DNA from: Mariniblastus sp.
Lineage (GTDB): Bacteria; Planctomycetota; Planctomycetia; Pirellulales; Pirellulaceae
Assembly (NCBI GenBank): GCA_029251085.1
Contig: JAQXDZ010000039.1
Coordinates: forward strand, 564-64,563
DNA: 64,000 nucleotides
Direction of reading: 5' to 3'
The notes beneath the pieces were generated by a model that worked only from the letters and a program-made list of their open reading frames with translations, searched no databases and was not told the DNA's origin. A program made the translations under genes and the position numbers. The stretch's first letter is position 1. Each line of letters begins with the position of its first letter. Positions 9,886 to 20,051 of the stretch are shown here, piece after piece.

Positions 9886-10281
9886 TTAGTTTTCCCGAGC
9901 GAATTGGGTTTGTCGCATGACTTCTGCTGGAAGCGCTTCGTACCTCAATGGTTTATCAGCATCCGGATTATCATCTACCACGGCTTCCGCCGCATCTTTT
10001 GTTTCCAAGTCAGGTATGGTTTCCGAGCCACCCCCAACGCTTGCGCCTGAAACAGAGGGTTGCTTACCCCCCCTTTTGATTCTTAAACGAGCGTAAAGCA
10101 TCGCCATGTTCTTTTTTAAATCTTCGTCAGACATCGCAATGATTTCGTCGTAGGTGAAGGCGACCTCGTCCGGCGATGATTCAATTAATTGAGTGACTTC
10201 TTTAGTTGGTGGTTTCTCTTCTTCACAACCCACTACCGATAACACCATTAAACCTAGTAAAAGAAATTTTAAATTCATCAC
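9886..10281 (-). CDS. Hypothetical lipoprotein
   Basis: 131-aa ORF. The lipobox-like signal is MMNLKFLLLGLMVLSVVGC followed by an acidic low-complexity region. I recognise no family. Confidence 0.6.
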   Translation of the reverse strand: MMNLKFLLLGLMVLSVVGCEEEKPPTKEVTQLIESSPDEVAFTYDEIIAMSDEDLKKNMAMLYARLRIKRGGKQPSVSGASVGGGSETIPDLETKDAAEAVVDDNPDADKPLRYEALPAEVMRQTQFAREN

Positions 10282-11005
10282 AACACCCTATTTTAAACAC
10301 ACTCGTTATGGACTTTTGTACGGATCGACATCCCGCTTGAACCAGGCCCTGACGCAGGTCCAAAACCTCGCGGGCTAAGGCTTATCGGCGAACAGATTAC
10401 CATATCACCTCCGCCAATCCAATGGTTTCGAAACGCTCCTCATCGAATGCCTCAGTCAAAACAAGAACACCCAACCCGCCAAAGCATTTTCAAGGGATTT
10501 GGTATGCCAGGTTCCACACGGTTGGTAGGTTTCCCGTTCCGATTCCCGTATTCGGTAAAATTCGCCCTTCGAATTTGGAGAGTGAGCTGGATTTAACAGT
10601 TCCGCCACACAAATCATGATTGCCGACATCACACAGTACCTCAAAGCGCTTGGATACGTCCGGGAACCGTCGACTTTACAAATGAAGCTCTGTTTTCGCT
10701 TGCCAATTTTATCTTTCAGCAAACGCGTTTTCCTTAGTAACGACTTGAAAAGCGGTGATTGTATCCATCAGGATTGTCCGTTTCAGCCTACCGGCCACCA
10801 GCTCGGCATCCGTGGAACCGATGGCATCGCTCAAATTCTCCTCAAAAACTGCTGAATTGCGTATTGAATCCCACACCCTAGTGAATCTCCAGCCTGACTA
10901 GAAAATATATCGTTTGACATATATGCCTTTAAAACCCATCAAATACCGCATAATCCGCCTTCTTTCATTTCAAAAACCAACAAAAAAATGCAGATGACAT
11001 TGTGA

Positions 11006-11021
11006 TTAAACAAGTGTTTAA
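11006..11021. promoter_or_regulatory. Candidate TetR operator (7-2-7 perfect inverted repeat) filling the spacer of a sigma70-like promoter
   Basis: In TTAAACAAGTGTTTAA, TTAAACA is the exact reverse complement of TGTTTAA. It is flanked by TTGTGA (11000-11005, -35-like) and TACAGT (11022-11027, -10-like), giving a 16-nt spacer. It lies 96 nt upstream of the TetR ATG. Confidence 0.4.
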
Positions 11022-11116
11022 TACAGTTGTTTGGAAAACAGATGCCATGAGATTCTTCGGAATCGGCAAATCCTCCCAAATTTAGGGGGCAGTACTGTCT
11101 CGGATCAATATTTCGC

Positions 11117-11803
11117 ATGGCTCCAATTCCTCAAAATTCAACCTCTGGCGACTCCACACGCGAGCGGATTCTAATGGAAGCCGGGCCAATTTTTGCCGGC
11201 AAGGGATTTCGAGCGACCACCGTTCGTGAAATATGCGAACAAGCGAACGTGAATGTGGCAAGCATCAACTACTACTTCGGAGATAAGCGACAACTTTATC
11301 ACCAGACAGTCGTTCTTGCCCGGGAAATGCGGGTGGAACAGGTTCCCGAACCAAATTGGGATGCTTCGACTGATCCCGAACAGAAGCTGCTCGACTTTAT
11401 CACACTCATTCTACGTCGTTTGGTAGCGATGCAGACTGAACCTTGGCAGGTTCGTTTGTTAATGCGTGAGATTCTTGAACCTACCGAAACCTGCAAGCAT
11501 CTTGTGGAGGAATATTTCCGGCCATTTTTCAATACATTGTGCGGAATTATTGACGACATCGTGGGGTATCGGTTGCCTGAACCAACACGAAACAAAATTG
11601 GTTTTAGCATCATCGGACAGTGTCTGTATTATCGTTTTTCAGCCGAGATGACTCGACTCATGATCGAGCAACAGGACTACGTAGATCAGTACGATCTCGA
11701 CAACTTGGCCCAGCACATTTATCTCTTCTCGTTGGGCGGCTTAAAACATTACCAAACGCTCGACGAACTGGCCCTCAAGGATGCCAAGCCCGCCGACCAT
11801 TAA
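11117..11803 (+). CDS. TetR/AcrR family transcriptional regulator
   Basis: 228-aa ORF. The N-terminal HTH reads RERILMEAGPIFAGKGFRATTVREICEQANVNVASINYYFGDKRQLY. It lies directly upstream of the efflux genes on the same strand. Confidence 0.9.
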   Translation: MAPIPQNSTSGDSTRERILMEAGPIFAGKGFRATTVREICEQANVNVASINYYFGDKRQLYHQTVVLAREMRVEQVPEPNWDASTDPEQKLLDFITLILRRLVAMQTEPWQVRLLMREILEPTETCKHLVEEYFRPFFNTLCGIIDDIVGYRLPEPTRNKIGFSIIGQCLYYRFSAEMTRLMIEQQDYVDQYDLDNLAQHIYLFSLGGLKHYQTLDELALKDAKPADH

Positions 11804-11870
11804 ATGAAATCACCAGTAACTATGCTGAGCGAAAACCGCGAAAGCTATTTTAGACAGACCCTACTAAGAC

Positions 11871-13499
11871 ATGCCAAACACAACTGCCGAATCTTTACCA
11901 AAAACTGATACGTCTCAGAATTCAAATGCACATGACGAAGATCGCTTGATTAGTGGGTCTCAGTCATCGGAGGTTGAACGCGAAGTGGCTTCCGCCGAAT
12001 TATCGCGAGATTCACAGCACGGGAAACCTTTTAAGATGAACGAAGTATTCAAGTATATTTTCTCCGTTGTCATTCTTTCTGTCGGTATCGGTGTGATTGC
12101 CTACGTAATGGCAAACAAGAGCGCCGTGCCCGAAGCCAAGCCAGAATCAGTAGCCCAAAAGATCAAAGTTGAAAATGCTAAGCCGTTTTACGGAGATCTA
12201 ACACGAGCCATTTCAGGAACCGTCGTTCCCTATCGAGAAATCAAAATCGCCGCTCAGGTGAGTGGTGTGGTTACTAAAAAATGGCCCGTTCTTGAGGCAG
12301 GGACGAAAGTAACCGATGGCGAACCGCTTATCGAGATCGACCCACAGCTTTACGAGATTCAGCTAGAAACTGCCAAGGGAGAAATGCAACAGGCGAAAGA
12401 TCAGGTCACTGAAATTGACAATGAGATAAAAGGCATTGAAAACCTGAGAGAAAATACGATGAAAGAAATTAGTCTCGTCACTGACGAATACAAACGCATT
12501 TTCGCTGTCGGCACCAAATCAGAAAAAACACAAGCCGAGCGTTCCCGACTTGTCGCTGAAAATTCACTCACCAATCTCGAGAACAATCTCGCAAATTTAA
12601 GAGCAAGAAAAGTCCGAATGGTGACGTCCCAAAAGGTAGCTGAACAAAAATTAAAGAGAGCGGAGCTAGACAAAGTCAGAACCGAGATCATCGCTCCCAT
12701 CGCGGGCGTGGTTGTCCGCGAGATGGTTCAGCAAGGTGATTACGTTCGCGCTGGCGATCCATTGCTTATTCTTGAAGATACCGAAAAAGCTGAAATCATT
12801 ACGAATTTAACGCCGACTGATCTTGTTTGGTTAAAAACAAATTCTCAAAACCCTCCCGCGGAAACTGGTGTCGAGATCGTAACCGATAACTTTGGGATCC
12901 CCCAAACGAACGTTCGGATTACCGACCCGGATCTTTTACAACTTTCTAAATTGGACAACCCAACCGACATATCGCACTGGCAGGGACAATTGGTAAGCAT
13001 CAACGGAAGCGGACAAGACGAAGCAACAAGAACCACACCTTGTCGAATTTTAGTGGAAGATCCAATTTACGAACTGAACAGCGAGGATCCGAGCGCCCCA
13101 AAATTCCCACTGGTAAGAGGCATGTATGTGAAATTAAAAATGGTCATACCTGTTAGCGCAAGCGTTGGCGAAGGTGGTTATTTCAGCGTACCGGCCAAAG
13201 CATTAAGTGACACTGGCGAGTTTCTTTGGGCAGTCGAAGGCTCTGACTTAGACAATGCGACCACCCAACAGAAACTCCACAAAATTAAAGTCGAAGTTGT
13301 CGATCGCAGCGGCGGTGGAGACTACGCCGTCATCAAAAGGACGAATGATCTGAAAGAAAGCTTCCATATTATCGTTGGCCCCTTTGATGAAGTCAGGGCA
13401 AACGTCCGAGCAAATCTTGCGAATGAGGAAGAAGGCAACCTGGCAATTTTTAAATATGAACAACAGGCGTCAAGCAATCAGTCATCCACCACGAATTAG
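11871..13499 (+). CDS. Efflux RND transporter periplasmic adaptor (MFP/HlyD family)
   Basis: 542-aa ORF with one N-terminal TM segment. It has the lipoyl-type motifs IKIAAQVSGVVTKK...GEPLIEIDP and IIAPIAGVVV separated by a long coiled-coil-like stretch. It lies upstream of the RND permease. Confidence 0.85.
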   Translation: MPNTTAESLPKTDTSQNSNAHDEDRLISGSQSSEVEREVASAELSRDSQHGKPFKMNEVFKYIFSVVILSVGIGVIAYVMANKSAVPEAKPESVAQKIKVENAKPFYGDLTRAISGTVVPYREIKIAAQVSGVVTKKWPVLEAGTKVTDGEPLIEIDPQLYEIQLETAKGEMQQAKDQVTEIDNEIKGIENLRENTMKEISLVTDEYKRIFAVGTKSEKTQAERSRLVAENSLTNLENNLANLRARKVRMVTSQKVAEQKLKRAELDKVRTEIIAPIAGVVVREMVQQGDYVRAGDPLLILEDTEKAEIITNLTPTDLVWLKTNSQNPPAETGVEIVTDNFGIPQTNVRITDPDLLQLSKLDNPTDISHWQGQLVSINGSGQDEATRTTPCRILVEDPIYELNSEDPSAPKFPLVRGMYVKLKMVIPVSASVGEGGYFSVPAKALSDTGEFLWAVEGSDLDNATTQQKLHKIKVEVVDRSGGGDYAVIKRTNDLKESFHIIVGPFDEVRANVRANLANEEEGNLAIFKYEQQASSNQSSTTN

Positions 13500-13578
13500 T
13501 TAACAAGTGGGTTCCCCTACGGGTCAAGCCACCAACGCACAAACATCAAACAAAACTCTCCACAAATTTGGTAATTGA

Positions 13579-16500
13579 ATGAAATCCGTTATACGCTGGG
13601 CTATTAAGAATTCGCCCGCGATGAACACGCTTTTAATTGTCTCGATGCTCATCGGCGCAGCCAGCATGGTCGTCATGCGTCGCGAAGTTTTTCCAAATTT
13701 CGCGCTAGAGATTGTGTTGGTAAGTGTGCCATTCCCTGGTGCGACCCCGGAAGAAACAGAGGTTGGCATTTGCCAGAAAATTGAATCGGCAGTATCTAAC
13801 TTGGACGGCGTTAAAAAAATGACGTCCGTGGGGATGGAAAGTTTTGGCTATGTCATTCTCGAACTCAACAACAACGTGAGTGATGTTCAAAAAGTGCTCA
13901 ATGACGTCCGGTCGTCGATAGATCAAATCTCCACCTTTCCTCCGAATGCCGAAGATCCTGAAGTAAAACAGATTATTTTTCGCGCGCCCGCGATCTCCTT
14001 GGGGATTCTTGCGCCCGAACGGAGCGAGGAATCGACTCTCGCACAACAAAGGGAGTTACGGGACATCGCTGAACGGGTGCGCGCTGATTTACTCGAACAG
14101 CGCGCGGTGAAGTCAAGCAATCCGTTTCGGAAAATGCTATCTTTTCTTTATCAACCCAAAGGCTCAGCAATCTCAAGTGCCGAAATTGTCGCCGCCCAAC
14201 CCTTTGAAATTTCAGTAGAGGTCTCGGAGGACAATCTTAGGAAGTACGGCCTCAGCCTCGACCAGATCGCTCAGATCATCCGGCAGCAAAACTCGGATAT
14301 GCCTGGCGGCACGATGCAAACTGAACGGCAAAAGTTAATTCTTCGCAGTGAAAAAAGAAAAGAACTTGGCGAAGAAATCGGGAAACTCCCCATCATGTCC
14401 AATGGTGGAAATGGCATTCCGATCGCCGTCGCTGACGTTGCGGAAGTCATCGATGGTTTCGCAGAAACATCCTCCATGCATTCAATCAATGGACGCGACG
14501 CACTGGTCATTCGAGTTTCAAAAACCAATGAAGAAGATCTCTTCACCATCGTCGAAGCTGTAAAAGCTTATGTCGCAAAAGCCGAAAATGAGGAGGCTTT
14601 CAGTGCGGGCGGATACCAGATCAAACAATGGGGTGACGTTTCGGTAGACGTACGAGACCGGATCGAAATGCTGAGTGCCAATGGGATCATGGGACTCGTT
14701 GCCGTGTTCGTTGTGTTGGCGATTTTTCTCGACCTCCGCCTTGCCTTTTGGGTCGCGATGGGGATTCCTGCGTCAATTCTTGCGGCCGGTTTTATCCTGT
14801 TAGTCACCGGGCAAACGCTTAACATGCTCTCAATGTTCGCTTTTTTAATGGCATTAGGAATCGTGGTAGACGACGCGATTGTCATCGGTGAGAACATTTA
14901 TGCGAAACGCGAAGAGGGATTCGATTTCATTAACGCCGCTGTCTATGGAACGGCCGAAGTCTTGCCCGCCGTCTGTGCCTCTGTTGGGACAACGATCATA
15001 GCGTTCATGCCGCTGATGTATGTTACAGGAGTCATGGGGAAATTTATCGAAATTATGCCAGTCGCGGTGATTGCCATGCTGGTTATTTCGCTAATCGAAA
15101 GCACCTTTATTCTTCCCGCTCACTTGTCTCATGATAAAAATTTATTCATGCGTGCCATGGGAGCTATCTTTTATGTATTCAAACCGTTATTGAAAGCGTT
15201 TGAGAAAGTTAATCGTTTCTCAACGCGGGCGATGGAACTTACCATCGACTATTTTTACGAACCGCTCCTCAAGTGGTCGCTTCACCATAAGTCAATTGTG
15301 ATTTCTACAGTGCTAACGTCCTTCATGTGTTCGGTCGCGTTGGTGCTGTATGGCCTCGTCCCTTACTCGGTAATGCCAAAGATGGATGGCAGAGACATCA
15401 GCGCGACGATCGTGTTTCCCAATGGAACCCAGGAACAATTTGCAGCGGATGCAGTGAATGTTCTTTCAGATACATTTAAGGAAGTAGACGCAGATATTCG
15501 CACGGACCTCGCTGAGTACGGGATCGATGTCCCCGCCGATTACAGTGTTAACACAAACATTTACCGGCGAGTCGGCGAAGTCGGCAATGGTAACCTCGGC
15601 CCGATGGGAGTGACCAACGGCAGTCACGTCGGAAGCGTCGAGGTTCAATTAATCAACGCCGAATTAAGAAACTTCGCTAAATTACCCACTGAGAAGAAGC
15701 TTACCAGCGAAAATATCAATGGGCGCTGGCGAAAGAAGATATACGAGAAAGACCAAATTTCTGGATACGACGCACTCAAGTTCGGCATGCAGTCGATGGG
15801 ACCGGGCGGTGCGGCTATCGAGTTCAAGATCCTTTCCGACAAGAAAGGCGTCCCCTACCTCGACGAAGCGATTCAGGAATGCAAGTCGTATCTTGCAACG
15901 AAGCAAGGAGTAAAAGATATTGAAGACGATAGTCGACCAGGCAAACGCGAAGTCATGCTTAGCCTAAACGAACTGGGACAGAATCTTGGTCTCGATGAAG
16001 CCGCACTTTCGTCCACCATTCGATCGGGTTACTTCGGCGCCGAGGTGATGCGACTGCAACGCGGCCGCCACGAAGTCAAACTAATGGTTCGGTATCCCTA
16101 CGAAGATCGCAAAAGCATGAGCGGGTTCGAACAGATTCGTATCCGCGATAATCAGGGTGTAGAACGCCCATTGATCGAAGTTGCCAATATCGACGTACAG
16201 CAATCTGCATCTGAGATCAACCGACTCGACCAGAAACGAAGTGTCACCGTTTCCGCAGATGTTGATTCGACCGAAGGCAATTCTTACGAGATCATTGCCG
16301 AAATGCAGCGGACGATGATTCCGGTCCTGGTGGAGAAATTCAGGGCAGAGGACAAGGGCGAAATCTCATTCAACTGGGAAGGCGAACAGGCTCAGAATCA
16401 GGAATCGATTACCAGCATGTTCACTGGTTTTGGAATCGCTCTGCTATGTATGTTCGTACTGCTAACCTTGCAGTTCCGTTCCTACGTTCAACCTGCCATT

Positions 16501-17028
16501 ATTTTGGCAATCATCCCATTTGGATGGCTCGGGGCTATCCTTGGACATTACGTCGTTGGTATCAACTTAAGTTTGTTTAGCTTTTTCGGACTTATTGCTC
16601 TCACGGGTGTCGTCGTTAATGACTCGATTGTCCTCGTGGATTTTATTAACCGAAAGCTTCGATCTGGCGTTAAACTAGAGGACGCGCTTTTGAGTGCTGG
16701 TCGACGGCGGTTTCGCCCAATCATGTTAACTTCGATGACGACAATCGCTGGGCTGACTCCAATTATTTGGGAGACCTCGATGCAAGCGCAGGTTTTAATT
16801 CCGATGGCGACCAGTATCATTTTCGGATTGCTTACCGGAACGTTGCTGATTCTGATCCTCGTGCCGATTTTCTACCACATCTACGGTTCCATGTTATTGA
16901 AAATGGGTTTCGACTTGTACAATTCCGAAGAAGAATTTGAGGACTCGGTTCCAACGGATAAAAAAGAATCAAACGCAGGTGATTCTCCCCTCGACGCATC
17001 TCCGACAGGTGAACTGTCGCCAGTTTAA
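13579..17028 (+). CDS. Efflux RND transporter permease (AcrB/AcrD/AcrF family)
   Basis: 1149-aa ORF. The duplicated TM4/TM10-type motifs GIVVDDAIVIGENI and GVVVNDSIVLVDFI are present, along with two large periplasmic loops. No outer-membrane factor gene is adjacent. Confidence 0.95.
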   Translation: MKSVIRWAIKNSPAMNTLLIVSMLIGAASMVVMRREVFPNFALEIVLVSVPFPGATPEETEVGICQKIESAVSNLDGVKKMTSVGMESFGYVILELNNNVSDVQKVLNDVRSSIDQISTFPPNAEDPEVKQIIFRAPAISLGILAPERSEESTLAQQRELRDIAERVRADLLEQRAVKSSNPFRKMLSFLYQPKGSAISSAEIVAAQPFEISVEVSEDNLRKYGLSLDQIAQIIRQQNSDMPGGTMQTERQKLILRSEKRKELGEEIGKLPIMSNGGNGIPIAVADVAEVIDGFAETSSMHSINGRDALVIRVSKTNEEDLFTIVEAVKAYVAKAENEEAFSAGGYQIKQWGDVSVDVRDRIEMLSANGIMGLVAVFVVLAIFLDLRLAFWVAMGIPASILAAGFILLVTGQTLNMLSMFAFLMALGIVVDDAIVIGENIYAKREEGFDFINAAVYGTAEVLPAVCASVGTTIIAFMPLMYVTGVMGKFIEIMPVAVIAMLVISLIESTFILPAHLSHDKNLFMRAMGAIFYVFKPLLKAFEKVNRFSTRAMELTIDYFYEPLLKWSLHHKSIVISTVLTSFMCSVALVLYGLVPYSVMPKMDGRDISATIVFPNGTQEQFAADAVNVLSDTFKEVDADIRTDLAEYGIDVPADYSVNTNIYRRVGEVGNGNLGPMGVTNGSHVGSVEVQLINAELRNFAKLPTEKKLTSENINGRWRKKIYEKDQISGYDALKFGMQSMGPGGAAIEFKILSDKKGVPYLDEAIQECKSYLATKQGVKDIEDDSRPGKREVMLSLNELGQNLGLDEAALSSTIRSGYFGAEVMRLQRGRHEVKLMVRYPYEDRKSMSGFEQIRIRDNQGVERPLIEVANIDVQQSASEINRLDQKRSVTVSADVDSTEGNSYEIIAEMQRTMIPVLVEKFRAEDKGEISFNWEGEQAQNQESITSMFTGFGIALLCMFVLLTLQFRSYVQPAIILAIIPFGWLGAILGHYVVGINLSLFSFFGLIALTGVVVNDSIVLVDFINRKLRSGVKLEDALLSAGRRRFRPIMLTSMTTIAGLTPIIWETSMQAQVLIPMATSIIFGLLTGTLLILILVPIFYHIYGSMLLKMGFDLYNSEEEFEDSVPTDKKESNAGDSPLDASPTGELSPV

Positions 17029-17079
17029 GCTTGGCGAGCACATTTTCCCTACCTGAAGTACGGAATTAAGAGATTGAAG

Positions 17080-17104
17080 AACGACTAGTAACCTAGTCGT
17101 TTTT
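17080..17104 (+). terminator. Intrinsic terminator after the RND operon
   Basis: AACGACTAG-taac-CTAGTCGTT forms a 9-bp perfect stem that runs into TTTTT. It lies 52 nt after the RND stop codon and overlaps the stop codon of the convergent small lipoprotein ORF. Confidence 0.55.
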
Positions 17105-17327
17105 CGATGGCCTTCGCGCGGGGGTCGACACCGGCACTTTCACCAAATTTGGCGGTCCAAAAATTGGTTTTTTGTTTCGCTGCTTTTTCGCTAGTTGGGT
17201 CCAGTAAATCGTCAGCTTCTTCTACTAAATCAGATTCTCCAAATAGCGGCGACGACCAGTTTTTGGTCATACAACCAACACTGGCGATAATTAAACAAAA
17301 TAAACAAGCCATCGTGAAAAAACGCAT
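17085..17327 (-). CDS. Small hypothetical lipoprotein
   Basis: 80-aa ORF starting at ATG, with the lipobox-like signal MRFFTMACLFCLIIASVGC. I recognise no family. Confidence 0.5.
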   Translation of the reverse strand: MRFFTMACLFCLIIASVGCMTKNWSSPLFGESDLVEEADDLLDPTSEKAAKQKTNFWTAKFGESAGVDPRAKAIEKRLGY

Positions 17328-17590
17328 AATGATCCCTCATATGTATTCGATTTTTCATATCGGAAAACCACTCTTGTCCCGGTGACGGGCAGGCGGACTA
17401 TTTCAGAATCGCCTCACGGTGTCCAGCCTGTTTTTGCAGAACAAAAATACTTGAGGGAATAATCAAAAACACCGGTTTTTCGAAAACTAATTTGCAAGCA
17501 CTTTCATTAACGTGATACAGTCAATCCTTCCGGGGGCCTCTCCGAATCAATTGCCGGACGGCAAAAGCCGCATCGTAAAAGGTACACATT

Positions 17591-19156
17591 ATGAAATTTA
17601 CGCATCGTTGCTTTATCTCTGCCGGGATTGCCCTACTGTGTTTGAGCGCTTCTGCCGACGAACGCCCTAACGTCTTATTCATTATCGCCGACGACGCTTC
17701 CCGTGACAGCATGGGAGCTTATGGAAGCACCTACATTGAAACCCCGAACTTCGACCGAATCGCCAAAGAAGGTGTCCTTTTCACCCAAGCATATAATTGC
17801 AATCCGAAATGCGCGCCAGCGCGGGCGTGCCTGCTGACAGGTCGGTACTCGTGGCAATTAAAAGAGGCATGCAATCACAATCCATTTCTTTCAGATGAAT
17901 GGGCATTTTATCCATTTCTATTGGAAGACGCCGGCTACTTTGTTGGCTTTACTGGAAAGGGTTGGGGGCCGGGGATCTACCGCGGAATCGACGGTGGACC
18001 CGCTCGGTTCAAACAGCTCAACCCTGCTGGGCATCCATTCAATGATAAAACCAGTCGACCACCCTACAAGGGAATCAGCAACGTTGATTATGGCGCGAAT
18101 TTTGAAGAGTTCCTCAATCGACGTCCTGAAAACCAACCGTTCTGTTTCTGGCTTGGCACCAAAGAGCCTCATCGTGGTTACGGGAAGGACAATTGGAAAT
18201 TGGATGGGCGTGATTTATCCAAAGTTCAAGTCCCCGCTTACTATCCTGACAACCTTACGATTCGAGGCGACCTGGCAGATTACGCCATCGAAGTCGAATG
18301 GTACGACCGGCATATCGGACTAGCTTTGCGTCAACTGGAGCAGCGAAACCTGCTTGAAGACACCGTAATCATCGCAACCTCCGATCACGGGATGCCGTTC
18401 CCACGCGTCAAAGGCCAAATTTACGACGACGGGTTTCATGTACCACTAGCCGTACGGTGGGGTGCCCAAATATTACCCAAAAGAACAGTAACCGATTTTG
18501 TATCGTTTCCTGATGTAGCACCAACTCTCATGGACATCGCTGGAATCCCAATTCATCCGCAGATGACTGGCAAAAGTTTTAAAAAACAACTGCTGTCCGC
18601 CCAATCCGGACGCATTGACCTCGAACGTGACCACGCCCTCCTAGGAAAAGAGCGGCACGACATTGGTCGCACCGATGGAGATCGCCTCTCGGTATCTTAT
18701 CCCTCCCGAGCAATTCGAACAGATCGCTATCTATTCGTTTACAACTTCAAACCAAACCGATGGCCGGGGGGCGATCCGCAATACGGTCTGCTGAACTGCG
18801 ATTCCTCACCTACCAAAACCTATCTCCAATCCATTTTGAAATCAGACCCAGAGTACCGATTTTATGAAATGAGTTTTGGCAAACGACCGCAGGAAGAACT
18901 GTTCGATGTCGTCAACGACCCCGATTGCATCAATAATCTGGCTGATGATCCTCAGCATCAAAAAATTAAAAATCGTTTGTGGAACCAATTAAAACAAGAA
19001 TTAACCTCTCAAGAAGATCCGCGTATTTTAGGGAATGGTGATATTTTTGATTTTTACCCCAACTGCCGAATTGAAAAACAACAGGAACTTTACAACAAAC
19101 CGAAGTACAATCCTGTCAAGATATTTAACTCAAAATATGGTTCTGGTAAAAAATAG
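17591..19156 (+). CDS. Formylglycine-dependent sulfatase (secreted)
   Basis: 521-aa ORF with a signal peptide. It has NVLFIIADDA and the signature C-A-P-A-R in CNPKCAPARACLLTGRY. ATSDHGMPFPRVKG is also present. Confidence 0.9.
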   Translation: MKFTHRCFISAGIALLCLSASADERPNVLFIIADDASRDSMGAYGSTYIETPNFDRIAKEGVLFTQAYNCNPKCAPARACLLTGRYSWQLKEACNHNPFLSDEWAFYPFLLEDAGYFVGFTGKGWGPGIYRGIDGGPARFKQLNPAGHPFNDKTSRPPYKGISNVDYGANFEEFLNRRPENQPFCFWLGTKEPHRGYGKDNWKLDGRDLSKVQVPAYYPDNLTIRGDLADYAIEVEWYDRHIGLALRQLEQRNLLEDTVIIATSDHGMPFPRVKGQIYDDGFHVPLAVRWGAQILPKRTVTDFVSFPDVAPTLMDIAGIPIHPQMTGKSFKKQLLSAQSGRIDLERDHALLGKERHDIGRTDGDRLSVSYPSRAIRTDRYLFVYNFKPNRWPGGDPQYGLLNCDSSPTKTYLQSILKSDPEYRFYEMSFGKRPQEELFDVVNDPDCINNLADDPQHQKIKNRLWNQLKQELTSQEDPRILGNGDIFDFYPNCRIEKQQELYNKPKYNPVKIFNSKYGSGKK

Positions 19157-19233
19157 CATACGGCGATCGAAAATTCTCCCGAACGCACCTTGTCCAGTAC
19201 ACCCAAGCTTCTCGACAATGCAAAGTCTCCTCT

Positions 19234-19947
19234 ATGAATTCTGAACTAATCCCTACAAAGCTAGACGCATTAATCGTTGCCCCCCATCCTGACGACGCGG
19301 AATTGGGAATGGGAGGTGCCATACTGGGCATGTTAAAAGCCGGTTTAAAAATTGGAATTCTCGACCTCACCAATGGCGAACCTACCCCTTTTGGATCTCC
19401 GGAAATTCGTGCCCGAGAAACAAAAGCTGCAAGCGATGTCCTTGGAGTTACCTGGCGTCACAATTTAGGCTTACCCAACCGTAGCCTAGAGCCTACTCTC
19501 GACGCTCGAGAAAAACTCGCAGGCATCTTTCGACAAACCAAACCTCGTTGGATATTTGCACCCTATTGGCATGACGCGCATCCAGATCACCTCGCAGCAA
19601 CTCAACTCGTCGAGGCTGCAAGATTTTGGTCCAAGCTATCCAAAACGGAAATGCCAGGCGAGCCTTATCACCCCGAACGAATCTATAACTACTACTGTGT
19701 ACATTTAAAAATGCACGCCAATCCCAAATTTGTTTTAGACATCAGCCAGTATTGGGATAGAAAACTCCAGTCCATCCAATGCTACCACAGCCAGTTTATC
19801 CAAGGACGAGAGCATCTCGATCCACAGTTCATCGAACAAATTCGCGACGAAGCCGCGTATTGGGGTAAGTCGATTGGCGTAAAGTACGGTGAACCTTTCA
19901 CTTCCCGAGAACCACTCGGAGTGACAGACTTTGGGTCCCTCATCTAA
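19234..19947 (+). CDS. PIG-L/LmbE family deacetylase (BshB1-like)
   Basis: 237-aa ORF with the family motif VAPHPDDAELGMGG near the N-terminus and later HPDH. Confidence 0.85.
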   Translation: MNSELIPTKLDALIVAPHPDDAELGMGGAILGMLKAGLKIGILDLTNGEPTPFGSPEIRARETKAASDVLGVTWRHNLGLPNRSLEPTLDAREKLAGIFRQTKPRWIFAPYWHDAHPDHLAATQLVEAARFWSKLSKTEMPGEPYHPERIYNYYCVHLKMHANPKFVLDISQYWDRKLQSIQCYHSQFIQGREHLDPQFIEQIRDEAAYWGKSIGVKYGEPFTSREPLGVTDFGSLI

Positions 19948-19971
19948 CGATCTGTTTGGTGGAAAGGCAAT

Positions 19972-20001
19972 AAAAAAAGCCACGGATTAACCGCAGCTTT
20001 T
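19972..20001. terminator. Possible bidirectional terminator between convergent genes
   Basis: AAAGCCACGG-attaa-CCGCAGCTTT is a stem with a 2-nt internal mismatch. It is flanked by A7 upstream and T4 downstream. It lies between the PIG-L stop (19947) and the VWA stop (20052). Confidence 0.4.
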
Positions 20002-20051
20002 ATCGACTCAAACAGATTCGAAAAACGCAATTCGCTGTAAGCCAGAAAGCG

